DNA of 64,000 nt. Source: a virus (lineage: Duplodnaviria > Heunggongvirae > Uroviricota > Caudoviricetes). The stretch is from the IMG/VR virus record IMGVR_UViG_3300027777_000022; one strand, written 5' to 3'. The translations under genes and the position numbers were made by a program. The notes under the pieces are model-generated. The model saw only the letters and a program-made list of their open reading frames with translations. It made no database searches and was not told the origin of the DNA. Shown one piece after another: positions 49,101-56,932 of the stretch. Each line of letters begins with the position of its first letter. The stretch's first letter is position 1.

Positions 49101-49124
49101 CAGGAACTCCGTTCCTGATATTTA
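49098..49124 (-). promoter_or_regulatory. Late TAAATA promoter overlapping an RBS/AUG-sequestering hairpin
   Basis: Minus strand TAAAT-ATCAGGAAC-gga-GTTCCTGAT-G. Confidence 0.7.
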
Positions 49125-49129
49125 GCCCG

Positions 49130-50290
49130 TTACCACACCTTGAGAATGATGAGATTCTCGTTGCCACGCCCGTTCCACGTGGTCTCAGTTGTTGTGAGTT
49201 CTTTGAAGATCTTGCGTGTGGCAGGTTTGCCTGCAGACATCAGTGCTTTGATAGTTTCTGTAGGCTTGCGCAGTGTTTTCTGCGAGCTTGTGCCTGTATC
49301 AAATCCAATCACAGCAGAACCTTTCACAGTAAAGCTACCGCGATGCGCATCTCCCATCACATGGATCAGTTTGCGCTTCACAGTGTCGTACAACCATGCT
49401 TCAGTTGCATCCACCAGCTTCACAGCAGGTTCACTTACCAGTTTGAGATCTGGGAATGTTTTGAGATACTTGAACCGGGCTGTTACTTTTTCTGGACTCA
49501 CTGCTTTCTTGGCACGTGGCTTGCGTTCAACTTTCTTGATCTGCACATAGTTGTTGCAGTCAGTGATCACTTGTTCAGCAAACTTTACCAACTGCTTGGC
49601 TTGAGTTTTAGTCAAATAGCCGTAGCCTTCTACCAACTGTGCATCTTTGCCTGCTACCACAGCTTCTAGTTCTGTTAGATGGCGCTTCCAGATCTGTTGA
49701 ATTTGGCTGATCAATTGTGGTGCTACATTGTGCCCACGAATGATTGTGATGGGTTGAAACTGCGCACTCATCTTTGCACCTGCTGCAACAAAATCGTCAA
49801 ACAAGCCTTCGATCTCACCGGCACAATCTGTTGCTTTTTCCCGCAGTCGGTCTTGAATAGAAGGACCTGCTGCCTTGGTTTCTACCACTGCTACCGGTTC
49901 ATCAGCTTCTTCTACCAATGCTTCCAGAATAAAAGCGTCCAGTTTGGCTTGCTCATGGTCGCTCAGTTCCAGCCCCATGGTGCTCATACGGCACAACCAA
50001 CCTGTGGTCAGACGGATTTGGCTGTCAGGTAAGGCACGAATTTTCTTTGCTTCCTTGGTGCGATTGTGTGCATCCAGGTAGTATGCAATAAAGTCCTTGG
50101 CGTCTTTCTTGCCGTAGAAATAATTGTACCAACCAAACGCATTGCTCAAGCTACTGGTGCGATTGCTCACAGGTTGAATGTGCCATTCTGGTTCATTACC
50201 CACATACTTGGTATCTGGACTACGAGGGTTCAACGCTTTGACGTTGGCTTTTGCAGCTAGGGCCATGGGTTTTGCTTTAGTGGTTGTCAT
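49130..50290 (-). CDS. Hypothetical early protein (about 386 aa)
   Basis: Start moved to ATG 50290 (MTTTKAK...) to fit the promoter; KTLRKP near the C-terminus. Confidence 0.75.
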   Translation of the reverse strand: MTTTKAKPMALAAKANVKALNPRSPDTKYVGNEPEWHIQPVSNRTSSLSNAFGWYNYFYGKKDAKDFIAYYLDAHNRTKEAKKIRALPDSQIRLTTGWLCRMSTMGLELSDHEQAKLDAFILEALVEEADEPVAVVETKAAGPSIQDRLREKATDCAGEIEGLFDDFVAAGAKMSAQFQPITIIRGHNVAPQLISQIQQIWKRHLTELEAVVAGKDAQLVEGYGYLTKTQAKQLVKFAEQVITDCNNYVQIKKVERKPRAKKAVSPEKVTARFKYLKTFPDLKLVSEPAVKLVDATEAWLYDTVKRKLIHVMGDAHRGSFTVKGSAVIGFDTGTSSQKTLRKPTETIKALMSAGKPATRKIFKELTTTETTWNGRGNENLIILKVW

Positions 50291-50296
50291 ACTGTA

Positions 50297-50325
50297 ATTA
50301 TAGCACGTTAGTCTTTTTTGGTCAA
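50297..50325 (-). promoter_or_regulatory. Sigma70-type promoter (leaderless)
   Basis: TTGACC-N17-TATAAT with extended TG, 6 nt before ATG 50290. Confidence 0.8.
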
Positions 50326-50586
50326 GTCTGCGCAAAGTAGCACAAAACTCAAGTCAGATTCTTTTTGGAACATGATAAAGTACGGAGTTGGGCCGTGTAC
50401 GTTTCTCTGTCCAAAATAGCCATACCAATTGGAATTGGTAGGACAATATCCTGAGGTCTCTAGCCGTTCACGACAAATTTTTTCAATATTACGAGCATTG
50501 TCACACCAGTTGTCAAATCGCAGTCCAGCTTGATAGCCCTGTTCTTTATACACTTTGTAACGGCGGTTTAGCTTTATGACTTTCAT
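50308..50586 (-). CDS. Hypothetical early protein
   Basis: 92-aa ORF with own promoter. Confidence 0.7.
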   Translation of the reverse strand: MKVIKLNRRYKVYKEQGYQAGLRFDNWCDNARNIEKICRERLETSGYCPTNSNWYGYFGQRNVHGPTPYFIMFQKESDLSFVLLCADLTKKD

Positions 50587-50592
50587 GTGTGT

Positions 50593-50635
50593 ATTATAGC
50601 TGATCAGGCATTTCCGGTCAACCTGCCCATAAATA
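50593..50635. promoter_or_regulatory. Sigma70 promoter (minus) back-to-back with late TAAATA promoter (plus)
   Basis: Minus TTGACC-N17-TATAAT 6 nt before ATG 50586; plus TAAATA 50630-50635, 7 nt before ATG 50643. Confidence 0.8.
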
Positions 50636-50642
50636 ACACACT

Positions 50643-52016
50643 ATGCCAAGATTAAGCCTATACCGCCCTAACCGAACAGCAGATTACCGTTTTTTTGATC
50701 GCACTATAAGTGAAATGTATCAAGTTGGCGGTGTAGACATGTATCTGCACAAATACATGGGTCCGCAAACTGGTGACAATACTGGTAACAACGATGCTAC
50801 CCTGCCCAAATACGACACAACCAATCCGCTGTTTATCGAAGATTTGCTATTGTTAGAAAATCGTGACCGAACATACGATCCAGATATCTATGTCATGCGC
50901 GGTATTTACAAAACACAAGACATCGACTTTGACCTCACACAGTTTGGCCTGTTCTTGAACAACGACACTGTGTTTATCACATTCCACTACAACGACATGA
51001 TTGATACCATGGGTCGCAAACTCATGAGCGGTGATGTGCTAGAATTACCAAACTTGCGTGACTACAATCCCTTGGATAGTACCATACCCAGAGCCTTGCC
51101 CAAGTGGTATGTGATACAGGATGCTGCGTTTGCCAGCGAAGGATTCAGCCAAACTTGGTTGCCTCACTTGTGGCGTGTGAAGGCCACTCCTATGGTCAAT
51201 GCACAAGAGTTTGATCAGATTACCAAACAACCGTTTGAGCCCATTAACATTTGGGATCCGGGCAATTTTTATCCAGGTGGTGTCACAGTGCTTTATGGCG
51301 ACAAATACTATACATCAAACAAAAATGTTCCTCCGGGCACAGACATTACCAACGCAGAATACTGGACAGAAAAAACCAATCCTCAAACCGTTGAAGACCG
51401 TCAAAGTACCCGTCCACGAGACTTGGCTATCAATGATGCTATACTTGTGCAAGCCGAAGCCGAAGTACCACGCTCGGGGTTTGATGTTGTGAAATTTTAC
51501 ATTGTGGCAACCAATCCTGACGGCACACCGGCTAATCCTGAATCTGCCACATACACTGCTGACTATACCATAAGTGATGCCAGCCGTACTGTGGCCAACG
51601 ATGGTAACTCACCCAGAAGTGATGGCTACACAGCAGGTTACCTGACTGGTGATGGCAAAGCACCCAACGGATTGCCTGTGACCGCTGGTGTTAATTTTCC
51701 ACCTAATCCTGTTGCTGGGCAGTTTGCATTACGCCTGGATTACTTTCCCAATCGACTGTTTCGTTTCAATGGATCAGGTTGGGTCAAAATTGAAAGCAAT
51801 GTACGAACCAATCTCACACCGGGTGCCACCAACGATACTTTACGCTCCGGCTTTGTTAACAATACATACACTGTGAATACCACAGACCTTGGCAACATAC
51901 CTAGCCGTCAGAGCTTGAGTGAAGCACTGATCCCCAATGCTGCCAACGGTGATCAAGGTGGCAATTTGCCGCCTAAGCCATATCCGCCAACACAACCTTA
52001 TCAGAAATCCAGCTAA
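50643..52016 (+). CDS. Neck/head-closure protein (gp14-like) with C-terminal extension
   Basis: IEDLLLLENRDR, DLTQFGLFL, GRKLMSGDVLELP; position between gp13-like and gp15-like genes. Confidence 0.65.
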   Translation: MPRLSLYRPNRTADYRFFDRTISEMYQVGGVDMYLHKYMGPQTGDNTGNNDATLPKYDTTNPLFIEDLLLLENRDRTYDPDIYVMRGIYKTQDIDFDLTQFGLFLNNDTVFITFHYNDMIDTMGRKLMSGDVLELPNLRDYNPLDSTIPRALPKWYVIQDAAFASEGFSQTWLPHLWRVKATPMVNAQEFDQITKQPFEPINIWDPGNFYPGGVTVLYGDKYYTSNKNVPPGTDITNAEYWTEKTNPQTVEDRQSTRPRDLAINDAILVQAEAEVPRSGFDVVKFYIVATNPDGTPANPESATYTADYTISDASRTVANDGNSPRSDGYTAGYLTGDGKAPNGLPVTAGVNFPPNPVAGQFALRLDYFPNRLFRFNGSGWVKIESNVRTNLTPGATNDTLRSGFVNNTYTVNTTDLGNIPSRQSLSEALIPNAANGDQGGNLPPKPYPPTQPYQKSS

Positions 52017-52018
52017 AC

Positions 52019-52537
52019 ATGAGCCTTAAAGAACTTACAGCAGATAAACATCGCGAAGCAGAGACCACACAGTTCATGAAAGCAGTGTTTGCAAAAACCC
52101 TGCCACGTGATCATTGGGTGGACTTTACCTATCAAAAATCATTGTTCTACAACACAATAGAAGCAGCAGCAACTGAGCAGGGCTTGATGAGTGATATTGA
52201 ACCCGTGCGTAGATCAGCATTGCTCTTGCAAGATTATGAAAAAATGGATGGCAGTGCTCGTGAATTCAAACCAGCTGTGCTTGAATACCATAACTACATA
52301 CAGACACTAACAGATCCCACAAGAATCATGTCACACTTGTACACATGGCACATGGGAGATTTGTTTGGTGGACAAATGATTAAAAAACTTGTGGATGGAC
52401 CGCACAGCAGTTTGGATTTTCAAGATCCTCCTGTGTTGATTGCAGCCATGAGAAGCAAACTATCCGACGATATGGCCGATGAAGCCAATATTGCCTTTGA
52501 CTGGGCAATCCAAATACTGAATGAATATGACCACTAA
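52019..52537 (+). CDS. Heme oxygenase
   Basis: LKELTADKHREAE (proximal His), HLYTWHMGDLFGGQ (distal helix), EANIAF. Confidence 0.9.
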   Translation: MSLKELTADKHREAETTQFMKAVFAKTLPRDHWVDFTYQKSLFYNTIEAAATEQGLMSDIEPVRRSALLLQDYEKMDGSAREFKPAVLEYHNYIQTLTDPTRIMSHLYTWHMGDLFGGQMIKKLVDGPHSSLDFQDPPVLIAAMRSKLSDDMADEANIAFDWAIQILNEYDH

Positions 52538-53201
52538 TCTTTGGCAACGAGTTTTGAAAGTAGCAGAGTTCTTTGAATCACGGTTCAGAGAAACAGGCAC
52601 ACCCATTGTGAATGTGGCCGAATCCTACGACTGGTACAATCGACTGTACACCAGCCCTACATATCGCAGAGCACACGTCGAGATTGTGGACAAAACTGCC
52701 ACTCACAAGATTCTTGTGCTACATTGCACAGTGTTTCCACACTATAACGATCCCAGCCCAATCTGGGGATTTGATGCTGTGTGCGGGCCAAACAAGATCA
52801 CAGGAGCATTTCATGACTTCAGTGATGGTGGCGATCCCAACCACTTCATGATGAAACACTTTGCTGAAACTGTGAAAGATGTGACCTGGAACAAACCTAG
52901 AGTATTGCCACAGTGGGCATCAGAAATTTTCAGTTCAAACATTGTGGCCGCAGGCAATGTAAGCGACGAAGCTGAACTAGAAAACTTGTGCCAACTGGCA
53001 GAAGCAAACTTGGATTACTATCTCAATAACGTGGGCAAAACTGCACAGTCTGAACATGATTACTGGCCAGTACAGAGCAAGTACAATGCCAACAACAAGT
53101 TAAATCCGCATGTGGCTCGCAGCATGATCAGCATGGGCGTGGAAGAGGCTGTGATCAAGAAGTTCATTGACGAAGTATTATACCCAGAGCACAGACTATG
53201 A
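52521..53201 (+). CDS. Ferredoxin-dependent bilin reductase (PcyA/PcyX-like)
   Basis: RRAHVE, LHCTVFP, PIWGFD, GAFHDFS, R.LP.WA..IFS, Q..Y......NPH, F..EVLYP; overlaps the heme oxygenase gene. Confidence 0.88.
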   Translation: MNMTTNLWQRVLKVAEFFESRFRETGTPIVNVAESYDWYNRLYTSPTYRRAHVEIVDKTATHKILVLHCTVFPHYNDPSPIWGFDAVCGPNKITGAFHDFSDGGDPNHFMMKHFAETVKDVTWNKPRVLPQWASEIFSSNIVAAGNVSDEAELENLCQLAEANLDYYLNNVGKTAQSEHDYWPVQSKYNANNKLNPHVARSMISMGVEEAVIKKFIDEVLYPEHRL

Positions 53202-54604
53202 GCCAATTATTTTTTTACGACGAACAAATACGTCGATATCTACTGCAATTTACACGCATGTTCAGCTTGTTTGAAGTTGAATACGGACGCAACGAACAGG
53301 GCACGTCAGACTTGATACGTGTACCTATTCGTTATGGCGATGCCAGTCGACAAGCACAGACAATCCTAAATCAAAACTCTGCCAACAGTTTAAATGCCAC
53401 GCCACTGATGACATTTTATATTACCGAGTTGGCCTATGACAGAGATCGCATGCAAGAGCCATATCATGTGAACAAAATGTTTGTGCGTCAACGCACATAT
53501 GACACAGGTACAGAAAGCTACGAAACCACACAAGGCAATGCATTTCAAATTGAAAGACTCATGCCTGTGCCTTACAAGCTGACCATAAACCTGGATATCT
53601 GGACCTCAAACACCAATCAAAAGATGCAGTTGTTTGAACAAATTGCCACGTTGTTTAATCCTGCACTAGAAATACAGGCCACAGACAACTACATTGATTG
53701 GACCAGTCTCACAGTGTGCAATCTCGAAACTGTGAAATGGAGTTCAAGATCTATTCCAGTAGGTACTGACAATCCTATTGACATCATGACCATGACATTC
53801 AGCTTGCCTATCTGGATCAGCTCACCAGCCAAGGTCAAGAAACTGGGTGTGGTAGAGCGTGTGATTGCTAGTATATTTGATGCACAAGGGGATGCTGTCA
53901 ATGCCCTAACTGACAATGATTTGCTACTAGGCACTCGAGTCAAAGTCACACCGTGGAGTTATCAAGTTTTGCTACTGGACGGACAATTACAGGTATTACA
54001 GCCACCGCAACCGGTGAATCCAGATCGTATTAGCCTGGCACCTTTTGGATTTCCCATAGTAGAAAGTCCACAGATCACTTGGCCCACAGTAATTGGTGCA
54101 TACGGTGTGTTACGTCCGGGCATCAGCTATATTACTCTGGATAATCCCTGGGCACCGGATAGCAGTATCATTGGTACCATTGCAGTAAATCCAGCTGATG
54201 ATCGATTGTTGATTTACAATATTGATCCCGACACTGCACCACAAAACACATTGAGTCCTGTGGATGCTGTTATTAATCCACTGACCACAGCACCCGGAGA
54301 TGGGTTAGATAGCAGTCTAACCGGGCAAAGATACTTGATAAACGAAAGCACCGGCTATGATAATAATCCTTCCAATCCAGAAGCATGGCTAGGTACCGGT
54401 GGCCAACCCTTGATTGCACATGCCAATGACATCATTGAATACGACGGCGCACGATGGGTTGTCGCATTCAACAGTAGAGATACAACAGATGCACAATATG
54501 TAATCAACCTGACCACTGGCATTCAATTTTATTGGAATGGTACCAAATGGGTCAAAAGCATTGATGGATTATACACTGGAGGCTCATGGAATCTGGTATT
54601 GTAA
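53198..54604 (+). CDS. Tail sheath stabiliser/terminator (gp15-like) with C-terminal extension
   Basis: FFYDEQIRRYLLQF, VPIRYG, MPVPY.L, QLFEQI..LFNP. Confidence 0.8.
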   Translation: MSQLFFYDEQIRRYLLQFTRMFSLFEVEYGRNEQGTSDLIRVPIRYGDASRQAQTILNQNSANSLNATPLMTFYITELAYDRDRMQEPYHVNKMFVRQRTYDTGTESYETTQGNAFQIERLMPVPYKLTINLDIWTSNTNQKMQLFEQIATLFNPALEIQATDNYIDWTSLTVCNLETVKWSSRSIPVGTDNPIDIMTMTFSLPIWISSPAKVKKLGVVERVIASIFDAQGDAVNALTDNDLLLGTRVKVTPWSYQVLLLDGQLQVLQPPQPVNPDRISLAPFGFPIVESPQITWPTVIGAYGVLRPGISYITLDNPWAPDSSIIGTIAVNPADDRLLIYNIDPDTAPQNTLSPVDAVINPLTTAPGDGLDSSLTGQRYLINESTGYDNNPSNPEAWLGTGGQPLIAHANDIIEYDGARWVVAFNSRDTTDAQYVINLTTGIQFYWNGTKWVKSIDGLYTGGSWNLVL

Positions 54605-55020
54605 AAGCTGTAGGAGTTTGGTTTTATTGCGCAAGCACCGGTAGATATCTATATCTGTTGCGCAACGATTCAAAGTACCCTGATACATGGGGATTGGTTG
54701 GCGGAAAAGTAGAGCACAGCGAAACATTAATTGCTGCTGTGGAGCGTGAATGTGCCGAAGAATTAGGATCTATTCCTGAATATCAGCAGTTGATTCCAAT
54801 TGAAAAATTCACAAGCCCAGACTCTGCATTTGAATATCACACCTTCTGGTGCAGAGTTGACCATGAGTTCTTTCCTGATCTAAATCACGAACACATTGGC
54901 TATGCCTGGATCAAAACTGGACGCTGGCCAAGGCCATTGCATCCAGGATTGTGGAACACTGTGAACTTAGATACTATTCAAAAGAAGATAACTTCTCTTG
55001 AACGTACCTGCATCAGATAA
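54586..55020 (+). CDS. NUDIX hydrolase
   Basis: GGKVEHSETLIAAVERECAEELG Nudix box. Confidence 0.9.
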   Translation: MESGIVKAVGVWFYCASTGRYLYLLRNDSKYPDTWGLVGGKVEHSETLIAAVERECAEELGSIPEYQQLIPIEKFTSPDSAFEYHTFWCRVDHEFFPDLNHEHIGYAWIKTGRWPRPLHPGLWNTVNLDTIQKKITSLERTCIR

Positions 55021-56931
55021 TCAATCAAAGAAGAATATATGCCACAGTCGGCAGTTTTCGTTGGTAAATCCAAAATAGTCTGTGGCTGAGTGAATGTATC
55101 CAGCATTGAATATAACTAATCGATTGTATACGTTACCAAATGAATCCACTGGTTCAAAGATAGTTCGATCTAGATTCTGACTGCCGGGTCTAAAGCATTT
55201 CGAAATGTCAGGATGAGTGATATGCCTAATGTCTGTGCCTTTGAGTGCATGGGTTGATGTGCCAGACTGATACGGTGCATCAGGAGTTAGGTACAACATA
55301 GCTGCCCAAGTTTGATTATCACAATGATGAGGAATTGGCTCACCTTCCTTACACACCTGGAATCGACCGTTCATGCCATGCCCTTCCCAGTTTACAATTT
55401 TGCGATTCATGATGTATTCAAATTCTTCTTTAAGTCCGGGAAATAAAAATTGTTCTTTGGTACGATCGCCTATGTAAAGTTTACCTAAGCCACCTTTATC
55501 ATATTCCTGTTCCAAGGCAAACTTACGTATTGCATCAGGATTCTGATAAAAATTATCAACTATCCATACACCAGGCATGGGTTGCTGATTAATTATGGTG
55601 GAAGCAGTTCGAGCAATGTTTGCTTTAGGAACAATTGTTGCTTGTACCATTGGCAAACTTGCAGGAAACATATAATCTGTGGCAAAATTTATGTTGTTGC
55701 CAACAGATCTTAAACTGTTTCTGGTGGCTTCATTCACCAGTTCAGGATGTACCCACCAATCTTCATAACTATGAACTTTGTTATATGCAAGATCGCCGAC
55801 TAATAGTTCATAACCTTTGCTTTGAAGAAATTCTCGACTTTGATCTCTTACGTTTTGATTATAGTAATAATCATGTTCAAATGTTATCACAGCAAATCTG
55901 TATTGATCAAAAGGTATACTTTTCAGAACTGTAAATGAAATTTCTGGTGGGTCGCAATCCACTTGCAAGTAATCAATGTCCTTGGAGAATCCTTTGGTAG
56001 CAAGAATTGCAGCATAGTTAACTGTGGTTGCATCTGTGCATATTACAGAGTTTTTGCGTCGATGCTCAAAGTCTTTTACTTTGCTTAATTCATACTCAAT
56101 ACTTAGACCTGTCCAATCAAACATGGTTTCCAATAGTGCTGTGTTGTTGCCATAGAAAGGTTCAGCACTACCAATTTCAAGATATTGACCATTGCGTTTG
56201 CCTTGGGTTGCTGCCAACACAAACAAGTCTTGATAGCTTTGACTAAAGTTCTTTTTAATATTTTTAATTCCATCAAACGACAATCGAACGCTGTCAATCA
56301 TGCTAGAATCATAATAAGTGTGAGTAAACAACGGAACTACTTCAGGAGCATTGTTCCACTTGGGTGTTTCGTGCAGGGGAATCCGAGGCAAGCCACAATT
56401 TGTAAGATTGTTGTTCACAACAGTTTCATACATGGGCAACATTTTGTAGTTGTCTTTGAGGAACAGCATGATTTGTCGACTTTGCTCAGTTAGTCCTACC
56501 CACCAACTGGTCATTCCCTTCTGAAACAACAATGCATAGTATCCTGGATAATTTTCCGGAATTACAGATTCAGTGCTAAAGTCAGCCAGAGTCAATCCTA
56601 GCACCGCCATACTATGACTTTCTTGCCATTCGGTGCGATTTTCATGCACACGACTCAGCAAGAAGTATGCCTCTGGTCTAGTTGGTATCAATGCTATGGA
56701 TTTCAGCAGCAGACCTTTTTCTGTATCGTCTCTAGTTTTTTGTTTTTCTAAACAGATACAGCATCGCATCAGTGCTTCGTATTGCTGCAAATCAGTTGAG
56801 CTGCGTTCTGCTGTGCGCAGATAAAAGCTGATAGCTGCGCCAGTTTGGCCTATACTTTCATATTCTTTTCCTAACTCAAAGTTGATCACAGGATCTTCGG
56901 AGTTTTCGATAAAGTTAGCTAGATTTTTCAT
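55021..56931 (-). CDS. TPR + SAM methyltransferase (FkbM-like) + 2OG-Fe(II) oxygenase-like fusion
   Basis: N-terminal TPR-like helices (PTRPEAYFLLS); SQSYQD, YLEIGS, IDYLQVDCD; C-terminal VDNFY.NPD, HCD, HS, R. Confidence 0.75.
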   Translation of the reverse strand: MKNLANFIENSEDPVINFELGKEYESIGQTGAAISFYLRTAERSSTDLQQYEALMRCCICLEKQKTRDDTEKGLLLKSIALIPTRPEAYFLLSRVHENRTEWQESHSMAVLGLTLADFSTESVIPENYPGYYALLFQKGMTSWWVGLTEQSRQIMLFLKDNYKMLPMYETVVNNNLTNCGLPRIPLHETPKWNNAPEVVPLFTHTYYDSSMIDSVRLSFDGIKNIKKNFSQSYQDLFVLAATQGKRNGQYLEIGSAEPFYGNNTALLETMFDWTGLSIEYELSKVKDFEHRRKNSVICTDATTVNYAAILATKGFSKDIDYLQVDCDPPEISFTVLKSIPFDQYRFAVITFEHDYYYNQNVRDQSREFLQSKGYELLVGDLAYNKVHSYEDWWVHPELVNEATRNSLRSVGNNINFATDYMFPASLPMVQATIVPKANIARTASTIINQQPMPGVWIVDNFYQNPDAIRKFALEQEYDKGGLGKLYIGDRTKEQFLFPGLKEEFEYIMNRKIVNWEGHGMNGRFQVCKEGEPIPHHCDNQTWAAMLYLTPDAPYQSGTSTHALKGTDIRHITHPDISKCFRPGSQNLDRTIFEPVDSFGNVYNRLVIFNAGYIHSATDYFGFTNENCRLWHIFFFD

Positions 56932-56932
56932 A

